A stretch of DNA of 64,000 nt from an uncultured Thermoproteaceae archaeon (GTDB taxonomy: Archaea; Thermoproteota; Thermoprotei; Thermoproteales; Thermocladiaceae): contig CAZNTG010000003.1 of NCBI GenBank assembly GCA_964575955.1, positions 72,662-136,661 of the forward strand, in the 5' to 3' direction. Below, one piece after another: positions 10,683 through 20,711 of the stretch. The first letter of the stretch is position 1, and each line of letters starts with the position of its first letter. Made by a program: the position numbers and the translations under genes. Below the pieces are notes generated by a model. That model was not told the DNA's origin and ran no database searches. It worked only from the letters and a program-made list of their open reading frames with translations.

Positions 10683-11356
10683 TCTCTACTACTCTTTAGA
10701 AAGTATTTGGGGTTGTGTATAGCTATGTCTATAGTTTTCAACATCCCGTAATCAAGCATAGTTTTGATAAGTCTATTCCAATCTACTCTCCTAATTATCA
10801 ATATGACAATTATGGTAATTATTATTGATAAAACTACAACAACACCTGTAGGTAAAACCTCACCCATTACCTGTCCTGATAAGGCTACAAACTCTGTTAT
10901 TACAAACTTACCTGATAAACATGCTAAGAAGAATTTTAATGGACTATATTTTAAAGCTCCGACAATTATGTATAAAACATCGTCAGGTAATGGTGTAGCT
11001 GCAAATAGAAAAATTGCAAAAAATATACCCTTATCTGCAAGTTTATTAAATAGTTCTATATCTCTATCATTAACTTTACCAACTATAAATCTTCTAAATG
11101 ACTTTCCTATAAGATATACAACAATTTTTCCAAGTGCTGCACCTAGGCTTGATATGAATACTATTAGAAGTATTGTAGGTATGTTATTTGAAAACATTGA
11201 TGTATATACAAATATTATTGCTAAGTATGGAACTGTTAGATAAGGTACACAGTTTGATAAGAATGATATAATTCCAGTAATTACAATTATGTACAGTATA
11301 CCACTACCAAGGACATGTTTTAAATATTGTGAAACTGCATGAAGTATTGATAACAT
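10676..11356 (-). CDS. VTT/DedA (SNARE-associated) membrane protein
   Basis: Hydrophobic helices; GAALGKIVVYLIG and FAATPLPDD. Confidence 0.8.
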   Translation of the reverse strand: MLSILHAVSQYLKHVLGSGILYIIVITGIISFLSNCVPYLTVPYLAIIFVYTSMFSNNIPTILLIVFISSLGAALGKIVVYLIGKSFRRFIVGKVNDRDIELFNKLADKGIFFAIFLFAATPLPDDVLYIIVGALKYSPLKFFLACLSGKFVITEFVALSGQVMGEVLPTGVVVVLSIIITIIVILIIRRVDWNRLIKTMLDYGMLKTIDIAIHNPKYFLKSSRDQ

Positions 11357-11364
11357 TATAATTC

Positions 11365-12669
11365 TTACTTTTTAGGTGCAGGCTTTCTTTCACCTCTAGG
11401 TGGTGCTGGCGGTGGTGGAGGTGGTGTTGGTGCTGTTCCTTTAGTCTCTGCTTTTCTTGGTGCTGGTTTTGCTCTAGCTTTAGCTTCTGGTTTTCTTGGA
11501 GGTGGTTTTGCGTATAGTGTCTTAATCTCCTGTATTCTCTTCATTAACTCTTCCTTCAACTTTGGTGCTATGAAGTTTCCTGTAAATGCATCAGCTTTTG
11601 CAGCTATTGCTAATTTTGCTGCTAGTGCTCTAGCAATTTTACCTCTCTGCCATCTTGGTGCTCTGAATATTTCAGGGAATTGGAATATTACTCCATGCTT
11701 AGGTGGTTTACCTCCTGTTCTTAATGCTCTAAATAGTGCTTTTTCAGCTCCAAGTACCTGTATTGTTGATGCTGGTAGTAGTGCAAGTTTTAGTAATCCA
11801 CCTGCAAGATTTATCAATCTTGCACCTAGTAGTGAACCTACAAGCTCTCTAATATTTGGAGCTACTTCTTTCATAGCTTCATCAATGTATTCTGCAAGTT
11901 TTCTTCTTGCTTCAAGTGCTGTTATGAATATTCTAGCGTATGATCTTATAGCTTCAAGGTCAAATTCTGCCATTTCAGCACCAACACTCTTCTCTGCTGC
12001 TTCTGCAATTCTCTTAGCTCTCTCTTCAGATATGTTTGGAATTATCTTTCTAATATTCTCAACTGTGAAGTTTGATCTATGACCAAGCTCGTATAGTAGT
12101 CTCACGTAGTCTCTATGATCTCTAACAAGTTCTTCAAGCTCTGGGAAATGTAGTCCATACCACTCTCTTAATCTTGAAGCCATCAAGTTCATCATCTTAT
12201 CACAATCATCAACTGCACTTATTGCATTTGCGATGAATAGGTCTCTCTTCTCTGCTGCTTTCCTCAACTTTAATCTTGTTTGAAGTACTGTTAAGTCATA
12301 TACTCTCTTATAGTACTCTTCAAAACTTTCAATTCCATAGACCTCCTTCAAGTACCTGTCTAAGAAATGTTCTCTAAATAGTTCACCACCCTTACTTGGA
12401 ATTTCTGCTCTAATTTCAACATCCTTAACTACAGATGCTAGATTTCTAGCAAGTTCTTTATGTTCTAGAATTATAGTATCGTAACCCTTACTCTTCAACT
12501 CTTCTACAAGTTTAACAAGTTCAGGAATTACCTCACCTTTCTCAATACTTGTAAGCTTTTGAGCAACTATCTGGTCAGTACCTTCATAAAGTACTTTACC
12601 AATAACATTACCTTCCTCATCGAGAGCAACAACTCCCAGAGTATCGGTAACTATGTAGGCTGTAGGCAT
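11365..12669 (-). CDS. nop5: C/D box RNP subunit Nop5 (Nop56/58)
   Basis: REWYGLHFPEL, PASTIQVLGAEKALFRAL, PPKHGVIF, RGKIARALAAK. Confidence 0.96.
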   Translation of the reverse strand: MPTAYIVTDTLGVVALDEEGNVIGKVLYEGTDQIVAQKLTSIEKGEVIPELVKLVEELKSKGYDTIILEHKELARNLASVVKDVEIRAEIPSKGGELFREHFLDRYLKEVYGIESFEEYYKRVYDLTVLQTRLKLRKAAEKRDLFIANAISAVDDCDKMMNLMASRLREWYGLHFPELEELVRDHRDYVRLLYELGHRSNFTVENIRKIIPNISEERAKRIAEAAEKSVGAEMAEFDLEAIRSYARIFITALEARRKLAEYIDEAMKEVAPNIRELVGSLLGARLINLAGGLLKLALLPASTIQVLGAEKALFRALRTGGKPPKHGVIFQFPEIFRAPRWQRGKIARALAAKLAIAAKADAFTGNFIAPKLKEELMKRIQEIKTLYAKPPPRKPEAKARAKPAPRKAETKGTAPTPPPPPPAPPRGERKPAPKK

Positions 12670-12730
12670 TATACTGATTACAGGTATGTAAGTATTTAAA
12701 GATATTTTCGTACTATCAAGAATCTTAAAA

Positions 12731-14596
12731 CTATCCTGAGATTATCTGTGATATAGCTCTTCTAACATCATTAACATCTGCTCTACCTCTCAACTCTCTC
12801 ATACATATTCCAAGAAGCTTATTTACATCTCTAACATCTACATTCTGTATAAGTTTTCTAACTTTCTCTAAAACTTCCTCATACTTCAACTTCTTCAAAT
12901 TTAACTTCTCTACAACTTCTATAGGTTTCATACCTGTCTTTGAAACTTCTTTTAATATCTCAGGAATAGCTTCTTTAACTATTACATCTTTTGCTAGTAG
13001 TTCTATACATTGTTCAATATGTTCTTCAGATATTTTTGAGATATCTACACCTTCTTTCTGTAAGTTTTTCAATGTTATTAATATTGTTGATATTATTATA
13101 CTTGGAGATACTTTATCTCCATACTTATCTATTAATCTATCGATAAATTCTGCATGTGGTGATTTTACAGCTTGTATTGCTAATTCTCTACTAACACCCA
13201 TAGATACATACCTCTCAACTCTACGATCTATAGTCTCAACTTTCATCTTCTCAATCTCGATAACTATCTTTCTAGTATTTATTGGTCTAAGATCAGTCTC
13301 AGGATACATTCTTGCACTTCCTGGTCTTGGTCTCATGAATCTTGTAGTTCCATCAGGATTTGCTGCTCTAGTCTCTTCAGGTACACCAACTAGAGCATAT
13401 TTCAATCTCTTAACAAGTACATCTACAGCATCGTATAGCTCTGTCTCTTGAATTCCTGCAATTATTATGAATGGTCTACCTCCAGTTCTCTCATATATCT
13501 TCTGTACTTCATCAATAGTTATTCCATATGCTGGAAGTTCATCACTGTGAATTATTCCTTTAAGATATGTCCATGCTCTAACATAATCTGCAAGTTCTGT
13601 TCCAAACCTCCTGCCTGGCTGTATTTCAACTTTTAATAATCCTCTAAAACCTTCTGGAAGTTTTAATGCTATAATCTTACCTCCAGACTTTATAATATCT
13701 TTCAATATTTTCGATTTTGTGTTTGTAAATATGTCAGTTATATCTAGTACATCTTCTGTAATATCTTCCTCTTTAACATTTCTATTTCTAAGTTCTTCAG
13801 CTATCTTGAGTAAGTTTAACTGTCTCTGAACTTCATACTCAATTATCTTAGGTATTAGTGATAGATCTGGAACACCTTTAATTTCTGTTTTTGCACCCTT
13901 CTCAATAGATATGTTTAAGTCTTGTCTTACTGTTCCTGCTCCACGTTTTGCTCTACCTGTAAGTTTTATACTATATCCAATACATGCAGCTATCTCAGCT
14001 ATCTCCTGTGGTGAATATGTTAGTGGTCCTGTAGATATTTCTACTAGTGGTATTCCAAGTCTATCAAGTCTATATACTACGTATGTCTCTGTCTCTTCTA
14101 TCTTTCTAGCAGCATCTTCTTCAAGTGCTATAGTCCATATAGGTACCTTGTAGTTGAAGAATGTTGCTAATCCATCATGTGCTATCAGTATTGTTCTTTG
14201 AAATCCTGAGACGTTTGATCCATCAATAACTATCTTCCTCATCACGTAAAGTTCATCAAACACCTTTGCATTGAACATCTTTGCAATCATTATAGCTGTC
14301 TCTAGTGAGAATGGGTCAGGTTCGTGTGGTGGTTCTTCATCAATCTCTACTAGACATGTAGTGTCGTAGTAGCCTTCATATATGTATGTCTTTCTTTTTC
14401 TAAATTCCCAAAGTGCTGCTGGATCAACTTCACCAAGCTCGCTTAATGTTGGTCTTAATCTACGTACTATCCTGAAGTGTGGTGGATCATTTCTAATTAC
14501 TGTTGGACATTCGCAGAATAGTTTTCTAGGTGAGTCAAGTTGTACATGAATTTCTAAACCAACTTTCAATCCTAAATCTCTATAGTCTATCTTCAT
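12731..14596 (-). CDS. gatE: Glu-tRNA(Gln) amidotransferase subunit E
   Basis: GLKVGLEIHVQL, MRKIVIDGSNVSGFQRT, RPRPGSARMYPETD; ATG 14596 sits 31 nt from a TATA box. Confidence 0.96.
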   Translation of the reverse strand: MKIDYRDLGLKVGLEIHVQLDSPRKLFCECPTVIRNDPPHFRIVRRLRPTLSELGEVDPAALWEFRKRKTYIYEGYYDTTCLVEIDEEPPHEPDPFSLETAIMIAKMFNAKVFDELYVMRKIVIDGSNVSGFQRTILIAHDGLATFFNYKVPIWTIALEEDAARKIEETETYVVYRLDRLGIPLVEISTGPLTYSPQEIAEIAACIGYSIKLTGRAKRGAGTVRQDLNISIEKGAKTEIKGVPDLSLIPKIIEYEVQRQLNLLKIAEELRNRNVKEEDITEDVLDITDIFTNTKSKILKDIIKSGGKIIALKLPEGFRGLLKVEIQPGRRFGTELADYVRAWTYLKGIIHSDELPAYGITIDEVQKIYERTGGRPFIIIAGIQETELYDAVDVLVKRLKYALVGVPEETRAANPDGTTRFMRPRPGSARMYPETDLRPINTRKIVIEIEKMKVETIDRRVERYVSMGVSRELAIQAVKSPHAEFIDRLIDKYGDKVSPSIIISTILITLKNLQKEGVDISKISEEHIEQCIELLAKDVIVKEAIPEILKEVSKTGMKPIEVVEKLNLKKLKYEEVLEKVRKLIQNVDVRDVNKLLGICMRELRGRADVNDVRRAISQIISG

Positions 14597-14621
14597 TATA
14601 TTTGAATAGTTGAGCAAGTAG

Positions 14622-14627
14622 TTTAAA
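14622..14627. promoter_or_regulatory. Palindromic TTTAAA TATA box between divergent gatE and mazG
   Basis: 30 nt from the + strand ATG (14652) and 31 nt from the - strand ATG (14596). Confidence 0.6.
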
Positions 14628-14651
14628 GCGGTTGCGATATTATACTACTCC

Positions 14652-14945
14652 ATGACTACTTTCAGAGAATTTCAAGAACTTATGAAGAAGCTATACTATG
14701 AGAGAGATAAGTCTAGAGGGGTTGAAAAGACCTATATGTGGCTTGTAGAGGAGGTTGGTGAGCTTGGTAGAGCGATATTGAAGAATAATGTTGAGAATAT
14801 TAAAGAGGAAGTTGCTGATGTTATTGCATGGTTAGCAAGTCTATGTAATCTTCTAGGTATAGATATGGAAGAGGCTGTAAAGATGAAATATCCTGGTAAA
14901 TGTCCAAAATGTGGATCAATACCATGTAGATGTAATACGAGGTAG
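14652..14945 (+). CDS. MazG-like nucleotide pyrophosphohydrolase
   Basis: EEVGEL and EEVADV; C-terminal CPKC..PCRC. Confidence 0.9.
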   Translation: MTTFREFQELMKKLYYERDKSRGVEKTYMWLVEEVGELGRAILKNNVENIKEEVADVIAWLASLCNLLGIDMEEAVKMKYPGKCPKCGSIPCRCNTR

Positions 14946-15007
14946 AGATTAGACACTTGAGCGTATCTTTATAAGTTAGATAGAACGTAGAGTCTACATA
15001 GAAGTCT

Positions 15008-16114
15008 GTGATGTCTCGTGAAGAACGCATAGCTGAGGATATCATAGAGGATTTAGAATTTAGAAAACTTCAACTATTAGGAAGATCTTCAATTGCTGTA
15101 ACAATACCTAAGAAGTGGGTACAGGCACTTGGATTAAAACCTGGTGATGTTGTAATACTTAAGAGAGCTAAAGATAGCATATTAATACAACCATACGCTC
15201 AGACTGAGGAACAATCACCAAACAATACTATGAGAGAGGTCACAATATCTACAACACATCTAGCTAGATCATTGAGAAAAATTATGGGACTATACTTATC
15301 AGGTATATCTTCAGTAGTTGTAAAGTTTCAAGAAGATAATCCAGGTGTTAAGCAGATTGTTAAGAATTTCATACGTGAAAAGCTTCCAGGTGCCGAGATT
15401 GTTGATGAGAGGTATAATATGATGATTGTTAGATTTTTAACAAATCTTGAAGAACTTCCAATACGAAGAATTTTGAAGAGGATGAGTAATATGGCTATTA
15501 ACATGCTTAGAGAAGGTTTGAAAATTCTTGCAGAGTCTGATAAAGATATAGTTATTGATCAATTGCCTGACTCATCTGTTAAAGATGAAGAAATTGATAG
15601 ACTGTACCTGCTAGTTTACAAACTTGTAAATCAAGGTATTCTAAATCAGAAACTATTATCGAAATTGGAGATTGAAGATCCTAGAGAGCTTATAGCTGCT
15701 CTAATAGTTGCAAAGTCTATAGAGAGGTGTGGTGATCATGCTACACGTGTTATAGATCTATCAAAAGCTATACTATCTATAAACGTGTCATTAAGCTTAA
15801 GTACTGACGTATTTCAAAAACTTGCAGATCTTGGTCAATCTGCATGTTATATTCTTAGAGAAGCAACTCAATCATTTGTTGATAAAGATGTTGAACGTGC
15901 ACAGGAAATATTGGAGAAGAGAGTTGAACTTAGAAAGGTAAGTATTAAGCTTGTAGATAACATAATGAAGCATGCCTGTCCATTATGTATGGTTAAGGCT
16001 AGTGAACTATTAACATATGTCATACTACTAATTGAAAGTATTAGAAGATTCTTAGCATATAGTTACGATATTGCAGAAATAACGATAGATACATACTCTA
16101 ATAAGACTGAGTGA
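15008..16114 (+). CDS. PhoU family phosphate uptake regulator with AbrB N-terminal domain
   Basis: RKLQLLGRSSIAVTIPKKW; DEEIDRLY and IERCGDHA. Confidence 0.9.
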   Translation: MMSREERIAEDIIEDLEFRKLQLLGRSSIAVTIPKKWVQALGLKPGDVVILKRAKDSILIQPYAQTEEQSPNNTMREVTISTTHLARSLRKIMGLYLSGISSVVVKFQEDNPGVKQIVKNFIREKLPGAEIVDERYNMMIVRFLTNLEELPIRRILKRMSNMAINMLREGLKILAESDKDIVIDQLPDSSVKDEEIDRLYLLVYKLVNQGILNQKLLSKLEIEDPRELIAALIVAKSIERCGDHATRVIDLSKAILSINVSLSLSTDVFQKLADLGQSACYILREATQSFVDKDVERAQEILEKRVELRKVSIKLVDNIMKHACPLCMVKASELLTYVILLIESIRRFLAYSYDIAEITIDTYSNKTE

Positions 16115-16716
16115 AAAGTATGTCAGATAGGAGAGGTGTCAAGATTTTGATAATGAGTGACGCACATATACATGATAGAGCTGATGAAGTTCCAAAACAG
16201 TTTGAAGAATTAATACATAGTGAGAAACCTTTCGACATTGCTGTATATGGTGGAGATTTTACAGATGAAGATGTGTATAGGTGGTTTAGATCACTAGCAC
16301 ATACAACATATGCTGTTCAGGGAAATATGGACTATCTAGACCTTCCTGAACATGTAACATTCATGCATCCACTATCAAACATCAGATTTGGAGTTATACA
16401 TGGACATCAGGTTAGACCTAGAGGAAATATTGTACAACTAACAGAAATTGCAAAGAGAATGAATGTAAACATATTGATAAGTGGTCATACACATAGCCCA
16501 TTCATAAAGATATTCAACAATGTACTACACATAAATCCTGGATCATTAACAGGAGCTTGGGGTGGAGGTGGTGGATCAGGAATACCAAGTATGATAATTC
16601 TCACATTGTATGAAAATGGTGTTGAAGTAAGACATTACGAATTGAGAAGAGGTAAGATTTCACTAAACATATATAGGTTTAGCTATAGAGGTGATATGTG
16701 GAGTGAAGTTGTATGA
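16111..16716 (+). CDS. YfcE/Vps29-like metallophosphoesterase
   Basis: SDAH, GD, GNMD, HGHQ, SGHTH, NPGS. Confidence 0.9.
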   Translation: MKSMSDRRGVKILIMSDAHIHDRADEVPKQFEELIHSEKPFDIAVYGGDFTDEDVYRWFRSLAHTTYAVQGNMDYLDLPEHVTFMHPLSNIRFGVIHGHQVRPRGNIVQLTEIAKRMNVNILISGHTHSPFIKIFNNVLHINPGSLTGAWGGGGGSGIPSMIILTLYENGVEVRHYELRRGKISLNIYRFSYRGDMWSEVV

Positions 16717-17489
16717 GACTTATAGCTAGTTTAAAGCTTAGAAATTTAGAAGGTGTTAAGAAGTTTGAGAAGATATTAGAGATATTGTCAAATATAAAAT
16801 TTGAACTAGACTTAACAAAGTTTATAGTTAGTGAAGATTTTCAAAAATTTATACCATTAATAGCATCTGAGATTGAGGATATATTTAGAGATAGGATTTC
16901 ATATATAAAAGTATTGAAATACCAGAGTAAGGATGTGATTGAGAGATTGTTAAATCTTCTAGACTATCTAAATGTTGATAGAGTTATATTGAAAGTTCCT
17001 GAAGATGTTGACCATATGGTTGATATTGTTGATGAAGCTTCAAGGTATGGAGTTAAGACTGTGTGGAGATTTAGTAAGATTGAAAGTTTTGAAACATTGT
17101 CAGATATTGCTAATAGTATCGCACCATACAAGTTGAGAATAGCTATTGATGTTGCAGGTAGGAGATCTGTTAAAGACTTTACTAGAGAATTATTGATGAG
17201 TAGTGGATATGTTGAAGTAATATACTTAGACAATAAGGATGGCAGTAGTAGAGGTTTACCAATATTTCACACATCTGGAAAGATAAATTTTGTTAAAATA
17301 TTCAAAATTTTGAAATGTGTTGGATATGATAGAGATCTAGTACTAAACTATAGACCTAGATACTACCTTGACTATGTTAGAGATATTGAACTTGCAGAAT
17401 CTGTAATATCTTCAGTTGGTTCAAGTGTTGTTGATAAGTTTACTAAAAAGCTTGTTGAAGATGTTATGAGAGAGATGATGAATCTTTAA
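16713..17489 (+). CDS. Divergent xylose isomerase/AP endonuclease 2-like TIM barrel protein
   Basis: C-terminal GLPIF..GKINF..IFKILK.VGYD pattern. Confidence 0.5.
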   Translation: MRLIASLKLRNLEGVKKFEKILEILSNIKFELDLTKFIVSEDFQKFIPLIASEIEDIFRDRISYIKVLKYQSKDVIERLLNLLDYLNVDRVILKVPEDVDHMVDIVDEASRYGVKTVWRFSKIESFETLSDIANSIAPYKLRIAIDVAGRRSVKDFTRELLMSSGYVEVIYLDNKDGSSRGLPIFHTSGKINFVKIFKILKCVGYDRDLVLNYRPRYYLDYVRDIELAESVISSVGSSVVDKFTKKLVEDVMREMMNL

Positions 17490-17513
17490 TTTTAGAATTG
17501 TCTTAATCTATAT

Positions 17514-18458
17514 ATGTCATATAGGAGGTTTAAAAAGAGAAATCTACTAACACTACTAGACTACTCTCCTAGTGATGTATTGAAAATTTTAGAAATTTCT
17601 AAAGAAATGAAACTTCTATACTATTCAGGTTATAGACTAATTAATTCACATGTTGGTAGAGTATTGATGTTAATATTTGAAAAGCCTAGTACTAGAACTA
17701 GAGTTAGTCTTGAAGTTGCTGGTTATGAGCTTGGTATGCAGGTTATTTATGCAAGTCCATCAGAGCTTCAACTTGGTAGAGGTGAGCCAATTAAAGATAC
17801 TGTGAGAGTATTGTCTAGATATGTTGACTGTATTGCAGCTAGAGTATATAGTCATCAATCTCTAGAAGAGATGGCTAAGTACTCAGATATACCTATAATA
17901 AATGCTCTAAGTGATAAGTATCATCCACTTCAAGCACTTGCAGATGCATTAACAATATGGGAGTATAAGGGAAGGTTAAGTGGTATTAAACTTGCATTTC
18001 TAGGTGATGGAAATTCAAATGTCTCTAGAAGTCTAGTTGTTATTGGTTCTAAGCTTGGTTGGGAAGTTAGAATTGTAGGTCCACGTAGATATTGGCCTGA
18101 TTCAAAACTTCTTAAAGATGTTGAAGATGATTGTAGGAAGACTGGTGCAAATATCATACTTACTGAAGATGTTGAGGAAGGTGTGAAGAATGTTGATGTT
18201 GTTTATACAGATGTGTGGGTTAGTATGGGATTTGAGAGTGAAGCTCAGGAACGTATTGAAGCTATGAGAAAGTATCAGGTTAATATGGAGATTATGAATA
18301 TTGCAGGTAGAGATGCAATATTTATGCATTGTCTACCTGCGAAGAGAGGTCAGGAAGTTACTGAGGAAGTCTTAGAATCTGATAGAAGTGTTGTGTGGGA
18401 TCAGGCTGAGAATAGGCTACATACAGCTAAGGCAGTACTATACCTGTTAGTACCTTAG
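17514..18458 (+). CDS. argF: Ornithine carbamoyltransferase
   Basis: FEKPSTRTR, HPLQ, DVWVSMG, FMHCLP. Confidence 0.96.
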   Translation: MSYRRFKKRNLLTLLDYSPSDVLKILEISKEMKLLYYSGYRLINSHVGRVLMLIFEKPSTRTRVSLEVAGYELGMQVIYASPSELQLGRGEPIKDTVRVLSRYVDCIAARVYSHQSLEEMAKYSDIPIINALSDKYHPLQALADALTIWEYKGRLSGIKLAFLGDGNSNVSRSLVVIGSKLGWEVRIVGPRRYWPDSKLLKDVEDDCRKTGANIILTEDVEEGVKNVDVVYTDVWVSMGFESEAQERIEAMRKYQVNMEIMNIAGRDAIFMHCLPAKRGQEVTEEVLESDRSVVWDQAENRLHTAKAVLYLLVP

Positions 18459-18967
18459 ACTTTACTAGAAATTTGTTTAAGATTTAACTTTATCTTTCTC
18501 ATAAATAGTTTAATCTCTATAGCTACAATCAATGTTATTATTATGAAAGATTGTAGAAATGTACAGTATGTACATATCGCATGTACATCATAAAGCTCTA
18601 TGTATAGTAAGTATGGTATTAATGGTACACCTATAACAGATAGTATCAATATAGCATCAATCAATCTCCTATCATACAGTATGTAGTATATGCATAATAT
18701 TGTCTTAGTTGTAAACCATGCAACAGCTATCAATGCTATAGGTATGTCATATCCTCCAACATGTATATAGGAGTATGGACTTGTAGCAACTCTAGCACAA
18801 TTAATCTCAATTCCAAATAGAGATCCTCTACATAGTAGTGGATTTTCATGAAGTGTATACACAACATTATAATACATCAACGTTATTATCCAACCAATAA
18901 TATTCGTAATTACCAGTATGTAATCTAGAATTAGCAACGTTTTAGGAATCTTGAAGTTATTTACCAT
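18455..18967 (-). CDS. Vitamin K epoxide reductase (VKOR) family membrane protein
   Basis: Loop Cys pair, CARVATSPYS and CTYC active site. Confidence 0.88.
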   Translation of the reverse strand: MVNNFKIPKTLLILDYILVITNIIGWIITLMYYNVVYTLHENPLLCRGSLFGIEINCARVATSPYSYIHVGGYDIPIALIAVAWFTTKTILCIYYILYDRRLIDAILILSVIGVPLIPYLLYIELYDVHAICTYCTFLQSFIIITLIVAIEIKLFMRKIKLNLKQISSKV

Positions 18968-19052
18968 GTTCTCAAACTAGAATTTTAGACAAGGTTAAAA
19001 TGCTTTTCTAAAGCCAAGGATTTTTAAGATATTCACAATCTATCTAATAAAC

Positions 19053-20117
19053 ATGACTTGGAAAATTATAGATGAAGAAGAATTCGAAGAGGAGGAAGAG
19101 GAAGTAGAGGAAAGTGAAGAAGAAGCTGAAACTGAAGAGGTTTCTGAAGAAGGAGAGGAAGTAGAAGCATCTGAAGAAGCGGAAGAGATTGAAAAAGAGG
19201 AGGAAGAGGAGAAGAAGAGTGTCCAGGTTCAGAGGCAGGTTAGTAGAGAGAAGGTTAGAGAAGTGAAGATTTACCGTGTACCTTTTGGTATTGATAAGCT
19301 TGATGATGCTCTTGAGGGTGGTGTTCCTAAGGGTAGTTGGGTTGTTATTGGTGGTGAACCTGGCACAGGCAAGTCTATCTTGGCAATACACTTTGCCTGG
19401 AAAGGTCTTGAACTTGGTGATAAAGTCATCTACGTCACTACTGAGCAGGAGTTTTATGATGTTATTGTTCAAGCTAAGCAGTTTGGTATGGATTTTGATG
19501 AGTATAATGTTTTTAATCTTGCAGAGGCCATACAGTGGGATCGTGCTGATCGTGAATGGACTTTTGAGAAGCCTAGTAAGACACCTGACATCGTTGTTAT
19601 AGACCTCTTCGGTCTAAGTCGCGTAGCACGTTTTGCACTACAGGAACAGCTTAGTAGTGAGAAGAAGAGTACTAAATCAAAGAAGAGTTATGTACCGTGG
19701 AGTATTGATACTCTAATCTTTGCTCTAGACAAGGCTTATGAAGTTCTTGAAGTTGAGAAAGGTCAACATATACGCCTAATCATAGACTCAATGTCAACCT
19801 TCTGGGTCGACAAGCCAGCAATGGCTAGGAGATATAGCTATCAGCTGAAGCTTGCATATCATAGGAGCAACATTACAGCATTCTTAACAAGTCAATATGC
19901 AATGACTACAAAAGGAATCTTCGGCTTCGGTGTAGAGCACATTGCAGATGTCGTAATGGAGACATGGATGACAGATATCAAGACAAGTAGAAAACTTGAA
20001 CGCTACCTCGCAATAAAGAAGGCAAGAATGACAGCAATAAAGCATAACTTATTCAAGATAGATTTTGTGAAGGAAGGTAACATAAGTAGACTAGTTGTAG
20101 AACCTGTAAAACTGTAA
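19053..20117 (+). CDS. KaiC-like RecA-fold ATPase with poly-Glu N-terminal extension
   Basis: GEPGTGKS, YVTTEQ, IIDSMS, GVEHIAD, IKKARMT. Confidence 0.9.
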   Translation: MTWKIIDEEEFEEEEEEVEESEEEAETEEVSEEGEEVEASEEAEEIEKEEEEEKKSVQVQRQVSREKVREVKIYRVPFGIDKLDDALEGGVPKGSWVVIGGEPGTGKSILAIHFAWKGLELGDKVIYVTTEQEFYDVIVQAKQFGMDFDEYNVFNLAEAIQWDRADREWTFEKPSKTPDIVVIDLFGLSRVARFALQEQLSSEKKSTKSKKSYVPWSIDTLIFALDKAYEVLEVEKGQHIRLIIDSMSTFWVDKPAMARRYSYQLKLAYHRSNITAFLTSQYAMTTKGIFGFGVEHIADVVMETWMTDIKTSRKLERYLAIKKARMTAIKHNLFKIDFVKEGNISRLVVEPVKL

Positions 20118-20120
20118 GTA

Positions 20121-20669
20121 CTACTCACCTAAAATATTTCCTTCACAATCTACAGTTATAACTATAGGACCAAAATTTTCAACTCTCAAAATCCACATAG
20201 CTTCAGGAATTCCAAGCTCTTCTAAAAACATTACATCAATAACCTCTTTAACATGTATTGCTGCAACAATACCACAACCTCCTGGAAATATTCCATATGC
20301 ACACACTCTATCTCTAAATATCGGTACTACTCTTCTAGTAAGACCACCTTTCCCAACAATCATCTTGACGTTGGCAAGTTTTAATAATCTTGGTATATAC
20401 TTCTCCATCCTTATACTTGTTGTCGGTCCAATAGACACTATATGCCATTTATCATTCTCTCTCCTAACTACAGGTCCTGCATGATATATTACACATCCTT
20501 TAAATATGTCTTTACTAATCTTACCCTCTTCTAGTAGTTTTATTATAACTCTATGTGTTAAATCTCTAGCTGTTATTAATGTTCCAGATATATATACAAT
20601 ATCGCCAACATGTAGATTTTTAATATCATCATCTTTTAGAGGTGTTTTTAAGTATTTCACATTCGCCAT
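20121..20669 (-). CDS. Fumarate hydratase/tartrate dehydratase beta subunit
   Basis: TARDLTH, YHAGP, GPTTSIRM, VGKGG, LGIPEAMW. Confidence 0.92.
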   Translation of the reverse strand: MANVKYLKTPLKDDDIKNLHVGDIVYISGTLITARDLTHRVIIKLLEEGKISKDIFKGCVIYHAGPVVRRENDKWHIVSIGPTTSIRMEKYIPRLLKLANVKMIVGKGGLTRRVVPIFRDRVCAYGIFPGGCGIVAAIHVKEVIDVMFLEELGIPEAMWILRVENFGPIVITVDCEGNILGE

Positions 20670-20711
20670 ATATCAGAACTTTATAATATAGCATTATAAT
20701 ATTTTTACGAT

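Noticed and set aside
16111-16716. Eukaryote-like retromer Vps29
   Set aside because: Vps29-like phosphoesterases are widespread in archaea, and no other retromer genes are nearby.
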